Of a DNA stretch of 64,000 bases, positions 1 to 13,009 are shown in pieces. Source of the DNA: Hydrolagus affinis (Eukaryota); the NCBI GenBank assembly GCA_012026655.1, contig JAAILG010001607.1, positions 1-64,000 of the forward strand, read 5' to 3'. The translations under genes were made by a program, and so were the position numbers. Position 1 is the first letter of the stretch. Every line of letters begins with the position of its first letter. Below the pieces are notes generated by a model that was not told the origin of the DNA, searched no databases, and saw only the letters and a program-made list of their open reading frames with translations.

Positions 1-362
1 ACGAGGATCTTGAACTCGATCCTCTGGAGAATGGGGAGCCAGTGGAGACGGGCGAGGGTGGGGGTTATATGGTCGTGGAGGCGGGTGCGGGATAATACAC
101 GGGCTGCAGAGTTTTGGATGACCTGCAGCCTATGAATGGAGGAACTGGGGAGGCTGACGAGGAGAGAGTTTCCATAGTCGAGCCTCGAGGTGATGTATGC
201 GTGCACAAGTGTTTCGGCAGCGCGTGGGGTGAGGTAGTTGCGGAGCCTGGCAATATTGCGCAGGTGGAAATAAGCGGTGCCGGTTAAGGCGCGGATGTGG
301 GGGAGGAAGGAAAGTTTTTGATCGAACATGATGCCGAGGTTCCTGGAGGGTGGGGGGGTGGG
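1..362 (-). mobile_element. L2-clade LINE ORF2 fragment (runs off the window edge)
   Basis: Minus-strand translation gives LGIMFDQKLSFLPHI...FHLRNIARLR...ETLVHAYITSRLDYGNSLL...LQVIQNSAARVL...LHWLPIPQRIEFKIL, the typical L2 C-terminal region. Confidence 0.9.
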
Positions 363-619
363 GAGGGATATCAATATTGATATCAGAATGTATGGGACAT
401 TGCTGTGTGTAAATTAGACATTTTGACTTATCAGTCTCTGATAGATTCCTCCAACATTTAGTACTGTAATTAGAAATCATTTTCAGATTAAGGCTTTATG
501 GGATATGACACAACAAACCCAGCAGTTTGTTGCTGGACACATTCTGGACGGATCTGCTGTGAGTGTGTGAATATATATTTATATATACATATAACAATAT
601 GTAAAGCTTTATGATGTAT

Positions 620-848
620 GAGTCCTGTAGCTCTAGGTTAGAGCGCATGCCTAGCAAGCGAGAGACCTGGGTTCAATTCCAGGCAGGGTGAAACCTTCGG
701 AAAGTTTCTTTACACCACACGCCTGATAATAATCTCTCCCCAAAAAAATTGGTAATTTCAATCCACGACTGTTTGCGGGATACTGCTGTGCGCAATTGGC
801 TGCCGCGTTTCTCTCGCAAAATATACAGTCATCACTTTACAGTGTAAG
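620..848 (+). mobile_element. Young tRNA-derived SINE, 3' tail missing
   Basis: Head GAGTCCTGTAGCTC with Pol III A box and B box (GGGTTCAATTCC); body TGCTGTGCGCAATTGGCTGCCGCGTTT matches many other copies in the window. Confidence 0.9.
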
Positions 849-1009
849 AACTTGTCCAATTAAACCCAATTGTGAAGTAAAGACTGACACAAATCGTACA
901 ATTAATCAAGTTTTATTAATTTGAATTAGTAATGGTTTCAGGTAGTTAAAAAAATCAATAGTATAATGCTTATGTATCCACGTGCAGTTCACAACGATTA
1001 AGGTTGGCT

Positions 1010-1290
1010 CAACCAAACGTTGCAAGAAGGGGTTCGAAGAAGGGGTTCTTGAGGTGGCAAGGGAGGGGGGCAAGGCAAAGGGAATGTTGGTGTGTGGGCA
1101 GAGAGATTGAAAGCCCAAAAGCCAATAGTGGGCCGGGCTGGGTGGGGGACATGGAGAATGTGGCAGCCAGCTGAAGGTTTATTAGTTGACAGGGAGAGGT
1201 TGATGAGGTCTGAGAGTAAAGGTGTGAGGAAGTGGAGCTGGGAGGTAAGGGGAACCCTAGTGATGTGGTCAAGGGAGCAGGTGATGGGTT
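1010..1290 (-). mobile_element. Degenerate L2 3' fragment
   Basis: Purine-rich plus strand similar to the L2 3' copies at 18817-19195 and 50478-51052. Confidence 0.65.
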
Positions 1291-1396
1291 TAAACTTGGT
1301 TTAAACATCTAGCCTCCCTGTTAGATGTCTTACATTGATACCTGCTAATTTTGTACTCCTGTTGCCATTTAATGCAACCATATATGGAATCACAAC

Positions 1397-1620
1397 CTAT
1401 TAGAGAGCTGGCCTCGGCAGAATTTGCTGAATGGCCTTCTACTGTGCTTATAAACTTTCATGGTGTGCACGATTGCATCACTCAACATTCCTGAGCTCTG
1501 GTCCTGCGAATCAAACGTCTCATTAAACCAGGTTGGCCTGATCATCATCTCTGTATCCAAGTGAGCATCACCACAGGGCACAGTGGGTTCAAATTATTCT
1601 GTTTGAATCTGTTTTCTATT
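1397..1620 (-). pseudogene. Candidate exon of an unidentified minus-strand gene, with an in-frame TAA
   Basis: Acceptor is a T run plus CAG. Phase-0 reading is NRKQIQTE*FEPTVPCGDAHLDTEMMIRPTWFNETFDSQDQSSGMLSDAIVHTMKVYKHSRRPFSKFCRGQLSN, with one stop at 1596-1594 followed by 65 open codons. Donor AG|gttgtg is weak. No repeat similarity seen. Confidence 0.45.
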
Positions 1621-2539
1621 CTGAAAAAAAAAGATTCTTGAATGTTCCATGACAATTCCTGTATAGAATCTATTCAGCTTCCTTCGACCTTGAGTATTGG
1701 CATTTTATCATTGAATGGTATATCTTTTGAAAATCTAAATATATTCCAAGCATGCATGTGATGATGTACAAGGCCACATAAGTGATTAATGACTTGTATT
1801 TGATATAATGTCATGCCTGTTATATTGAGTTATTCGTATGCATTGATCTTGTATAGTTATTGAAAAATGCATTTTAATCTAACATCAATATGCAATAGGA
1901 TATGCAACATGCAATATGCAACAACAGCTTAGCTACAATAATTTAATACAATTATCCAGTGGTATTTGTTTTTGCAGGCCTGCATTTTATTCCTAGATAT
2001 GGTTAATACAAAATGCATATTTTATCAAAGCATAGAAACATAGAGAAAGTGGGAAAAGAGAAGGTAACTTGTGTTATTTGATATTATAATTATCATTTCT
2101 CTAGACAATGGAGTCAACACCCATACTTAATGGAAGGTTCAGAAGTAAGCATCCAACTCACACCAAATTCAAGAGAATATTTTCCTTGTTAAAGAGACTT
2201 CCTCCTTGCTTGCTGAAATGAAATAGCAAACAATAAAGCTTCAGAGTGGCTGAGTGAAGGTTTTGTTCTGATCCCGGGAAATTAGTACTACCCGCTTACC
2301 AGAGATTGAGTGCTTTTTGCTGCCAGAAAATTATGGGAATAATTTGTGGCCCTGTGTCCTGGCCAATGATCCTCCAAAAAAAAATTCGCTTCATGATGTT
2401 TGCTGGATACTGCTGCTTTGTTCACCTACAAACAGTGAGCTAGTATTTTTTTAAAAATGTCCTATGAAGTCCTTTATGATATATGCCACTATAAGTGTAA
2501 CAAAAATGTAGGGATAATCATTATTATTAATGTGTTATT

Positions 2540-2841
2540 AATTATTAAATATCCTTGTGTTTGATATTGCGCTTCTTATGTCTTCTAGATGTCTCAAAGC
2601 GCTTCACAGAATATACTATAAAGTGAATTGACTGTATATTTGTGGGTGAAACGCGGCAGCCAATTGCACTGCCACAAACAGTCGTGGATTGAAATGGCTT
2701 TAATTGTTTTTTTTAATTATTTTTTGGAGGAGGGATTATTATCAGGCATGTGGAGGAAGGAAACTTACCCAAGTTTCGCCCTGACCTGCCAGGTCTCACG
2801 CTTGTAAGGCGAGTGCCCTAACCACTGAGCTACAGGAGCTC
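2540..2841 (-). mobile_element. Young tRNA-derived SINE, near full length
   Basis: Reverse complement of head (AACCACTGAGCTACAGGA), body and stem-loop tail (GTCTTCTAGATGTCTCAAAGCGCTTCAC). Confidence 0.9.
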
Positions 2842-3901
2842 TAATAATCTTGTTACAGCATTCAGATCCTAGGTTTGGGCTTCAAATAACAGAGAATGGA
2901 GAGGGTCAGAATATTTCCATTCATTAATGTCTTGTTTCTTACTGTTTGTCATCAATATCCTTGTACTGTACATCCTTTCTCGATGCAATGCTAGATGAGT
3001 TTACATTTACAAAATGAAAGTCTATGTGGTTACGAATGGGTTTGCTGCTAGTATCAAAACCTCAAACCCCAAGGGGACTCCATTCCACAACCATCGATTT
3101 TTTTTGCACGATATCGTACTGCACTTGTTTTGATATAAGATATGTACCCTATGCATGATTTGCTATAATAGTAGTTAGTCAGTGAGTGGGAATGTGGACA
3201 GTAATTGATGCCACTGAGAGAAAATTGCAAACTTCTTTCAGTGTTGGTTTCAAATATTGTGATCAGAAAATTTCAATTTTATTCCAACCAAAATTTCAAA
3301 GCCACTTATTGCAATATTCATATTTCCAATGTAGAATATTTGTTTTCCATAAAGTTTAGCACAGAGACTGTTGGCAATCGAGAAATTCCACCCAGGCATG
3401 AATAATCTTTATCTCAGAACATCCAGATTTTACTGAATTATTAAATGCAGCCTCAATTTTGAAGATTATTTCTGTAACTTTCTTACGAATCTACGGACAA
3501 CTGGCTCCAAAGTTAAGATTGAATTCAAGAAATTGCCAAATTATGGATACTCTGATGTGCTACATAAATAGTTTGCGTACACAATATGTAGTTTTGACAC
3601 TTTGCAGTATATTATGTGAACCCTTTGAAACGTTCTTCCAATATGAAACATGCTATATATATCAAGTTTGGAGACTATTATTATTACAGTGAATTTAAAA
3701 CTAGATGGAATAGTTCTCCAGAAAAGCACATTTCAGTGATTGTTGAATGACCAATCAGTAACTTTCCATTTCATAGGAACATTAAGTTGGATCTCCTTGT
3801 AGCTGAGCTGGCTGCAATATGGCATGTTTGTTAAAAGAACGTCAGAAGAAAGCCATCCCCTCAGCGGCAGTCTCAGTAATCTGGTTCCTGAACAAACTCA
3901 C

Positions 3902-4005
3902 TACAAAACATTGATGATGATAGACCTCTCTTTCATCAGCAAGACTTGAAGATGCAGAAAAATCAATGGGGTGCAGGGATTGTTCCCACTCAGTTTCCTT
4001 TCATT
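3902..4005 (-). pseudogene. Candidate 104-nt exon, probable 1-nt deletion near its start
   Basis: Strong acceptor gtgctttttcttgcag and strong donor GTA|gtgagt. The frame ending in phase 0 reads KETEWEQSLHPIDFSASSSLADEREVYHHQCFV. One extra A in AATGAAAGG would make it a 105-nt phase 0-0 exon fitting both neighbours. Confidence 0.5.
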
Positions 4006-4107
4006 CTGCAAGAAAAAGCACTGAAAAGTTGGGTGATTGAAGATGTACATGATGGGAAGTTACCGATCAATGCTGGCAATAACAAGATGCATGTGTTCGG
4101 TTACTAA

Positions 4108-4260
4108 CCCTAGTGGTATCCCAATTCCCACTCTGGGGTCTCTAAATCTTGGTTCTAGCCAACCTGTACTAAATATGTTCAGGAATTAGAAATGCAGGGT
4201 GGATCCCTCTGGAAAAAGAGTGTGTATTCTTTACCAGATCATGAAGAATATTCATGGACA
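4108..4260 (+). repeat. Copy of an unclassified interspersed repeat
   Basis: GGTATCCCAATTCCCACTCTGGGGTC resembles sequence at ~33105 and ~43884. Confidence 0.5.
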
Positions 4261-5399
4261 AGTATAGAGTTTTCAGACATAATTTGTATACTGTTAAGTG
4301 TGGCAATGGGTTGGTCACTCAGCTGACCAAAAAATGATGCGATTTCAATTGTCATTATTTCAAAGCAGTGGTTTAAACAATAAGTCAACAAGTCACCGTG
4401 AATATTTCACTTGAAAGCACATTTTGCTTCAAAAACATGGGTGCCTATAATGAATCATTGCAACGAAATCAAATGCAATAATTACAATATACTGTAATAT
4501 AATTTACATTTATGTGGCATAATTCAAGTTCAGAGATATCTCAAAGATCTGGACAATTATCAGATTGTATCTCCTATGACTGTACATTGTGTTGAGCATC
4601 GTGAGAGAGCAAAAATACACTTGCATAAAAATTGATATTAAGTTTCAAATCAGGTTCGTTGAAGAAAACGAATCACGAATGACACTAACTTCTTTTTAGT
4701 GTTACTAAAGATGCTCATATAAGCAATAAAATACTTCCATCCGCCAAGTGAAGTTTTTGCGTTTGCAAGCACAAAATAACAAACCAATCAAAAATATATT
4801 TGACAAATCAGCAATGCTGACCCAGCCTCTCCAAATAACAGAAAGTAATTTTATTTTATAATGGAAAGGCTCGGTATGTAACAAACAATATTTTCTGCCA
4901 TATATTGGAAAAATTTAGTTGTGTTTGTATACTCTTGGATTACATCAAAGATGGCAACTCAGTTATCACAATCTGTGTCTGCTTTCTAGAAATGTGAAGA
5001 TTATACCAATCCACAAATATTTTTCCAGGACTCTGCCTCTAGGTTCAAGACGCAATTTAACAAAAAAAAAGGAGGCAACTTTGTAGACACACACAGTCGC
5101 TGCTAACAAAATGCACAATCAATATCTATTATTGTATCCTGTGAAGCAATTTGAGGCATTCTCCTGACAGAAAGGGTGCTCCATTCAGATGTAAGGATCA
5201 TTTATTTAAATTTTATTTAGGTTTATTGTGGAGACTTGACTGATTTTACAGAAATGTTTGTCTCAATCTGTAGTGTGGTTACGCCCTATTCAAAAGTTCT
5301 GAGCATTGAAGATTAAGACCATGGAGTGAAATTTGCGTTTTCATAACATGGTATGAAGCACTTTGAGATGGCTAGAAGATGTGAACAGTACTATATTAA

Positions 5400-5525
5400 T
5401 CATAGACTCAGAGAAATAAACAGCACAGTGGGCCATTTGGCCCACCATGTCTATTCCAGCTCTTTGAAAAGAGCTGTAAAAATCAATCCCACCCCCCTGC
5501 TGTCTCCTCATAGTCCTGCAAACCA
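5400..5525 (-). mobile_element. CR1 LINE 3'-end remnant
   Basis: ACAGCACAG..GGCCATTTGGCCCA..ATGTCT is the reverse complement of the CR1 3' end; similar copies at ~27490, ~31130 and ~53991. Confidence 0.65.
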
Positions 5526-5611
5526 AGCCTCCCCTCTCCAAATAACAGCTAATTGCGCAGAGCAGTGTCCCACAAACAGTCGTGGATTGAGTGACCAAGT
5601 TACTATTGATG

Positions 5612-5722
5612 TTTTCTGGGATTTCCAAGTGTAGGTGGGATGCATGGAAATCTAATTTGGGTTTGGATACTCTTAAGCATGGTGACAGGTTTCCACGTGT
5701 GTCACGCACCCCCCAAAAAAAA
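5612..5722 (+). repeat. Copy of the unclassified repeat (distal part)
   Basis: CTGGGATTTCCAAGTGTAGGTGGGATGCA...TTTGGATA...CACCCCCCAAAAAAA aligns by eye with 33232-33405. Confidence 0.55.
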
Positions 5723-6044
5723 GTACTTGTTGGTGAACCATAGCAGGAGGATGTAGAGGGAATAAGACACGTTGACAACAAACATAACAGTTTATATCTC
5801 TTTATATCAGAGAGGGTAACATCTCTCACTGCACAAGGATTGGGTCATGTGTCAAATGATGGAGAGGGGAATGGGGGAAAGCAGATGACCAAAGATTGTA
5901 TTATATTGAGATTTCCTAATGATATCCTTTTTAATCCAAACTCTCACAATACTTTTAAAGAAACTCCTGTTTTGATCTGTAGAATGGTTGTGCTCTATTG
6001 AGTGGTTCAGCCCATTGGGCATTGAGCCCATGGAGTGAACATGG

Positions 6045-6125
6045 TCAAAGTAAAGGCTGTGGACCAACACTGACCCCTCAAAGACACCACCATATACTTC
6101 CCCCTCGTCTGAAAACAACACTGAC
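6045..6125 (-). mobile_element. CR1 RT remnant
   Basis: FSDEGEVYGGVFEGSVLVHSL resembles the CR1 motif FSDWREVxSGVPQGSVLGPLL. Confidence 0.6.
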
Positions 6126-7655
6126 AGCCATGCACTGAGAAATAATATTCTATAATTTTTTTTCAAAGATTCTCAATCTGAATCACATTATTTTCATAGT
6201 GACTGCCTTCAGGCTGTAATTTAATCCTGCTTGCGGTACTTGTGTACAAATACATCACAAACAGGTTATTGCTAGATTTTATGGAATGGAATTGGAGATC
6301 AATAAGGTTCCTCTGTGGACCTTTAATCCATGTATATAATCTTTTTATCAGAAGCCATGGTATTATTTGTCATGTCCCTGAAAGTGACTATGGAAAATAT
6401 TTTCATTCCATTTTTTTCTGACTTGAACCTATTCAGTCGACTTTCTGAATACAAAACATCAAATTAATGTGCAGCATGTGTGAAAGTGGTGAGTAAATAA
6501 TCATGTGAATATTGAGTTGAGCTACATGGTAATGCGATTCTTGCTGTCTGGCTGTGGCTATCTTATTTTTGTTGCGAAAATTCTGCATAATACTTGTTTT
6601 TTACTTTGGAATCAACCAAATGGATGACAATGTTTGTTTCCAGCACTGTGCTTTTCTGTGTTCCCAGCAACAAAGTTATTAAAATGCTTGCTTTCAGCCT
6701 TGAGTATCTTAATTAAGTAAATGGACTGTTTGATATTGGACTAAGCCATCAAAATCCCAGTTAATCCTCAATCTTTTTTGTGAGTTGATCTGCAGCATGG
6801 TGGTGTACAATAATTTGTCTAAGCATCCAAACCTTCAGGGGAGGAGAAAATAATTATCATTCAGTGTTCTTACTCTTGTTCATTATCTGTTGGTTGCCGG
6901 CTGGCCGTTTTGATGAAACCATGAAAGCAGAGGGAAGAAGGGATTGCATTCTGCTGTGATGATCTCTGTGGTCAAATGTAGGAACAGAAAAAAAAAATAG
7001 GAGGCTATTCAGCCCACATTTGTTTTCTATATTCCTGTAGCCTTATACCTATAGAAATGGGGCAACAAAATAAGATGTAGCATAAAAGTCTGCTTCCTCC
7101 CGACCCTGTCAGGACTCTAAGCATTCTGAGACACAACCCTGCATGTATATTAGTGTGAGTTGTTGTTGTCAGTGTGATTTTAATCCCATGTATACTTTTA
7201 AATAGTGAAATCAAAACGATTATATTTTTGTTCTCTATGAGATACTACGAATAATTGGTTGGGAATGGTACTACTGTACCAGGCTAGAGATAAAAGTGAG
7301 ATAGACTGAGGTCAGAGGGATGTAACGGGTCAGCAGAATAGTGGCTGAGTGGAGATGGACGATTGTTATAGATTTCTATTTAAATACTTTAGCAGATCAG
7401 GGAGTATTTATACAGAAAATTTCCTTAATAAAGAAAATACACGGGGTATACTACATATACAGGATATCTTATTTGTAGATGATAGAGGCACAAGGCTTCA
7501 TGGCCTTTACATCTATCCTGCATTTTATTGAGAGCTTAGCTCGGCAGCCTGTCAACCACAGGCAAAGGTGTGACAATTCTGAGCATTTTGCACTGATGCT
7601 GCACATTTTGCAACAAATCATAACGACGTTACCCAACACTTGTCAGACAATGTGT

Positions 7656-7765
7656 GGAGTCCTGCAGCATATTGGATAGAGCACTCGTAAGCAAGGAGGC
7701 TGGGTTTAATTCAGGCAGAGCAAAATGTTAGGGAAGATGTCCCCAAGGCGTGGGAATAATCCATA
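7656..7765 (+). mobile_element. Degenerate head of the tRNA-derived SINE
   Basis: GGAGTCCTGCAGC...AGAGCACTCG...GGGTTTAATTCAGGCAG. Confidence 0.65.
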
Positions 7766-8478
7766 AACAATGGTTACGAGCTGATGCCTCCCGCACCCTC
7801 TACATACTTTTACATTCCTGTAAAGATTGGATCAAAGTAATAAATGAAAACAGCGTTTGACAACCCAGACTTATAAGGCTAAAAAAGAGAAGTGAAAAAC
7901 TATTGGGACCTTGAAGATAGTTGCTCCTCAGCCTTGGTGAAACTCTTACCTCTCACCAATATTTTTCTGTGTAATTAACCCATGTATGCACCAGAAGTTT
8001 CAAACCCACACCTGTATGTTCACAGCAAGAACTATCCAGATACTTTGAGATGAATCAAATCGAATCGAAGGCACTATTAAACTTCAACAAGTTAAGTCCT
8101 CTTTTTGAGATTAAGTTGAATTGATTCAAGCAGAGCCCATGTTGCTAGATGCTGTTCTAGATACATATCACCTCTTCGAAACCTGCTCCTACTTAAAAGT
8201 GAAGGGAAGCAGTATTTATTGCGCTCTGAGTTGATCACATCCTCACTGACATGAGTGTACGTCAATCCATCATCATAACTTTTACTTTCAGTCAGGAAGC
8301 CTTGAATCGACAGCAGAGAGCAGAGAGTCTCAGAAAGATAATCTTGATACTCGGTGGATTACAAAACAAACTGATGGGTGGAGGGCGTACATTCATTCAG
8401 CTAAAGCAATTCACCATGTAGAGCAGAGTTCAACCATTTGCCACTTGCAAATGGAAGACAACCTTTTGTAGTTATTAC

Positions 8479-8562
8479 CTCGGGCAAGTTGTTACATTGC
8501 ATTGGAGGTGCAGGCTTGATAGACAGACTCGTTAACTCAGATGCGCTGCTCTGCTTCTCAAG
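8479..8562 (-). pseudogene. Clean 84-nt phase 0-0 candidate exon of an unidentified gene
   Basis: Acceptor ttgttctgtttaccttttcag and donor GAG|gtaata. Only one frame is open: LEKQSSASELTSLSIKPAPPMQCNNLPE. Typed as pseudogene because the downstream exons look disabled; it could be a functional exon. Confidence 0.55.
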
Positions 8563-9169
8563 CTGAAAAGGTAAACAGAACAATTTTGATTTATAATGTC
8601 ATTACAAACACTCTGTAGACATTTCTCATTTAACGTAGTAGCTGAAAAAGTGCATTTTTATCTGTAATTTTCACAGCGAGTGAGAATATAACAGCAGTGA
8701 CACAAGCATATTATCAATTTTAAGTTAAACCAAGAATAGCCTTGTGCTCTCAACATAACATAATTTTTTCCAGTGAAGTTAATTTGTTTCTAATCATGTT
8801 TCAGTGACGTTAAAGGAGTGCTGTTCTAGAGTCAATGTTTTACCTGGTCATTAGATTTCAAAACTGGGGGATGAATATTAAAACAAAATGCAAGATTTAT
8901 TACAAGGTAAGCTAACCGTAGCCATGGTTGAAGAGGAAAGTCTTCATCTAAAGCTGGTCAAAAGGGGGCAGGCTGAATGGATTGTACAAAGGAATTCCAA
9001 GGAAATGGATGTAAATCTGAAATCATAGTTGCTGATGGTGGTGTAGAGAGATCCACTACCACCATACACCATATTCACACTACCCAGTTCTCTTAATATG
9101 AGCAAGGTAATCAATTAACTCTGTTGAATTACATAAAATGGCAGTTCAACACAGCAACAAATAATAAAT

Positions 9170-9212
9170 AAATTGCAAAATACTGCAGATGCCGGACACC
9201 TGAAACAAAAAC
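9170..9212. mobile_element. Short Penelope-like terminal fragment
   Basis: GCAAAATACTGCAGATGCCGGACACCTGAAACAAAAAC resembles the end of a common chondrichthyan repeat (recalled consensus); related to the piece at ~20800. Confidence 0.45.
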
Positions 9213-9468
9213 CGGGTTCAATTCCAGGCAGGGCGAAACCTTGGGCAAGTTTCCTTGTTCCACATGCCTTATATTAAAAATATATTAAAAATAATAATGA
9301 ATTGGTCGTTTCAATCCACATCTGGGACACTGGTATGTGCAATTGGCTGAGTGTTTCACCTACAAATATACTTTACAGGATATTCTGTGAATCGCTTTGA
9401 GACATCTAGAAGACGTGAAAAGTGCTATTTCAAATGCAAGGATTATTACTATTATTATTATCATCATC
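9212..9468 (+). mobile_element. Young tRNA-derived SINE, 5'-truncated
   Basis: Starts at the B box GGGTTCAATTCC; ends with the stem-loop and (TTA)n tail. Confidence 0.9.
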
Positions 9469-11090
9469 ATCAAAGGACGAATAGAAGAGCTGAGCCAGCT
9501 AACTGAAGGGGTGAATAGAGGGATGTGAGAAAGTTGGAGAGGTAGAGAGATGCCTGGAACATACAATATGTTGTAAACGTAGCAAGGCAATAGTTTGCAT
9601 GGTCAAATTCATGTAAGCATGTTTGAAAGAAACACCAGGATACATTACCTTGCATTCAAGGGAATCAGTTGAAATGAGTTTACAGAAGAATGGTCAAGGA
9701 ATGCAACTGGACCTATGCCAGTTGATGTTTAATGAGAATAGGATCGGGATGGTATTCTCAAAGAATACGTTTAAAGGCTTCTTCATCAGAATCTCCCTTT
9801 TTCCTGTGAGCAATCCTGCTCCTCTATATGATAAAGGGTCTCATTTATGATATTTCAACGAGGGATTTCATACGATAAGCCAATTTAGCCTTGAATAAAA
9901 GATACATCAGAGGGAGGGATTTATATGTATGTGTAAATGCCATTTAGAAAGTAAAGCAGTAATAATACGTTGATTTGTCACAACAAAATGATGCAGGTTC
10001 AGGTTTGCGAAAGATAATTTTATGTCTGGAAAGTAATTATTTGCAAACAGGGTTGCAAAGGGTTACTGGGAGTGTTCTTGAGAGAAGGACATCAGAATCA
10101 TTTACGAAAATGCTTGTTGTGATGGAAGGATGTTTAGGTAAGTATTCTGGTAAAATATGCTTAAATTTGCTGAAGGACCTTCTTCATCTTCATACTATAA
10201 AGTGTAGTAACTGTGTATTTCACCCACAAAACACACAGTCAATACAATTTATAATATATCCTGTGAAGGGGTTTGAGACATCTTCGCAATACGATAAGGC
10301 TCCATACCTACTATAATGATTATAGGAATTATTATTCATCTAAATCTTGATGTGATAACAGTGAAGCTGCTAGAATTCTAACGGAAACTCTATTCTGGAG
10401 ATAGATTGTCTTGGAATGAAGTCCCATGCATGACATACTTCTGAATACTGGGAAGTATACTTTCCATCATACTTTTATCAGACTTCTATTTCATATTAAG
10501 AAATCCTATTAAGGAATCTCGCAAATTAGCCCTCAACGAGCGTTCTTTCAAGGTACACCTGAAATTATAAGTTAAGTACATCGTGTGGGAACAGGTAGAG
10601 GAAATCGAATACTGTCTTATCGCATGGACCGATGGACTTGACTGGAGATGCACAAGGTATGCGGCCAATATGGTGATGCAGTCGGAGGCGTCAGCAAGTG
10701 TTTGATTCAAAGTCGCACAGGCAGATGCCTCTCCAATCTATTTTGAGGCAATTACAGGCATGGAAATTGAAATGGATTGAAGCAATTGAATGGTGCATTC
10801 AGGCTGACAACACAACCGATCTAGTCAAACCTAAATTAGATTTTGGTACCAGTCTGTCTGATTTTAATAACCAGATTACAGGATTAAATCAGTGTGTCAC
10901 TCTTTTTTTTCGGTTAGCCGGGTGTCTGACATGAGGAAGACCTGTCAATTTGCTTCAGAGTATCTAAAGCGAGAGTGAGAGCTCCACGTATGTATAATCA
11001 CCTACACATGTGAGTCTCTCCTCCTGGAACATGTGATGTTAGCACGCTGGGCATTTGTTTAGGGTGCCTCCACCAACACGTACACAGTAC

Positions 11091-11196
11091 CGAGTTTTCA
11101 CGAAGCCTGCTGGAGAGGTCCACGTAGGGGGTATATTGGTGTCAGTTTGTAAATTTGTCAAACATCTGCTCTTGACACAACCAGGGTAGGCACCAG
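11091..11196 (-). pseudogene. Weak candidate exon (106 nt, phase 2 to 0) with in-frame TGA
   Basis: Acceptor tttatttttgcaactacag, weak donor TCG|gtactg. Reads WCLPWLCQEQMFDKFTN*HQYTPYVDLSSRLRENS; the end phase fits the 8562 exon. Confidence 0.25.
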
Positions 11197-11737
11197 CTGT
11201 AGTTGCAAAAATAAACTCTTGCGGTGTATGAAAGAGGCTGTGTAGGCAAATTAAAGAACAATTCAAAGTCTCTAATTTGCTCAACCAAACTTTAGAATTT
11301 TTCTCAGGAATGGCTATTCTATGTTTGCCGGAATACAAGTCAAAGACACGTTTTGTACACGTTGAAAACTGGGGCAGATATAACCCCGCAAATAGGTCCT
11401 TATGATACAGAGAAGCCCAGTTTTTCCATGAAGTAATATCTTAACCATCCTTACATTTGATATAACAACAACAACAACCAGAATTTGCATTTATAAAGCG
11501 TCCCAGAGCACCTTTCATGTGGTCTCAAAGTTCTTCAGAGAATATATAATGTAGAATGACTGTGTACCTTGTGAGAAAATGCAACAGACAATTTGCGCAC
11601 AATATCCCGTAAACAGCCATGAAATTTATTGCATTTTATTTCTGGGATTCTTGGCCTGGACACAAGAAGAAGGATAACAAAAGTAATCCTTCTTAAATTC
11701 AAAGCTACAATGAGGCGTAAATTGTACAACAGGCAGC

Positions 11738-12077
11738 AATAACAACAACAACAACTTGGATTCATAGAGCGCCCTCCACGCCAGATGGCGTCTCAGAGCG
11801 TTTCACAATAACGGATCCCGGGGCCAAGCCAGGGGGGGAGAGGGGAAAAGGTGACCGAAAGCGCGGTCGAAAAGAAAGGTCTTTAGCCAATACCTGAAAG
11901 TAGGAAAAGAGGGGACGAGGCGAAGGGAGTGAGGGAGGGAGTTCCAGAGCCTCGGGTCGTAGTGGCTGAAGGCACGGCTGCTGCCAACGGTGGAGCGGAG
12001 GATTCGCGGGACAAGGAGGAGGCCAGACCCGGTGGAGCGAAGGCAACAGTTGCTGTTGTGAGGAGAGAGGAGGTCAA
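11738..12077 (-). mobile_element. L2 3' fragment, type B end
   Basis: Minus strand ends CGCTCTGAGACGCCATCTGGCGTGGAGGGCG...(TTG)n; body aligns with 13253-13700 and 54075-54414. Confidence 0.85.
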
Positions 12078-13009
12078 TAAGAATAGTCCTTTATATTTCC
12101 TCCAATTGCCTCGTGGGTGAAGGTGGCAACATGGTGGAGAACGTCAGCAAAGTGGGAAAGAACATATTGGCTGTAGAAAGGCTTTGGCAACCTTCATGAT
12201 GGTAAATGATTTAGAAGCACAATTTAAGACACAAGCAGGAATGTTAGTGTTGTCACTTTAGATTAGGAAATGCCACATTTTGAAGCCCTTCTTTGAATAC
12301 TACTACAACAACAACAAAATGACACTTGTAGAACGCCATTCATGGCCAAACATTTGTAATTAACTGCATTCGGGATCTTCAGAAAATAAGCGATAACGTC
12401 TGAAAAAGGTTTCATTGTGTTTTTTTCACATGGTGTTCTTGCAAATCTGCTCGGCTGAGTGTACCCAGGGTGAAACTAATGCTGTTACACAAAATTATCT
12501 GGCTAATCAGCAGCGGCTTGGACCTAACGTGAATCAGAAGTATAGAAGTTAAATGTAGCCTTCAACTGTACTGATATCTTTCTGACTGTAAATCAGCTTG
12601 AAATTTGTCATATAAATTGTAGTACTTTGAGAAAAAAAATACCTATAGCAAAGTCACTTGGACAGAGTGTGATCTACATTTTAGCTTAATCCCATGCCCT
12701 CCCTTGTATTACCATCATCATCTCTGTGAAGACGGATGTCCGTTTTTCAGCAGTGACCTGTTTCCTTTTGTAGTGGAAAAATAATTATCTGTCGTATTGA
12801 GGAGATATTGATCCCACTCTGCCCTCCCCTCCACTCCCTCCACTGTTGCCAAGTTTACACTATGGGGTAACAAGTGCAATATTCTTTGAAATGGTGATGA
12901 TATTTATCACTGCATTTAGCCAGGGTTTAGTCTGAACCCAAATTCCTGATCGTACAATGTTCTGATGCGCTGTCCTATGTGATGGGCAAGATTTAAATAT
13001 CAGTTGTTA

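Noticed and set aside
620-690. tRNA gene-like A/B boxes here and at other SINE heads
   Set aside because: Each runs into the same SINE body and none forms a complete cloverleaf, so they are SINE heads, not tRNA genes.
5341-5829. 162-aa ORF
   Set aside because: Spans SINE, CR1-tail and unclassified repeat fragments; chance open frame.
5852-6166. Apparent minus-strand exon after a good acceptor at ~6108
   Set aside because: The translation matches the CR1 GVPQGSVLGP region.
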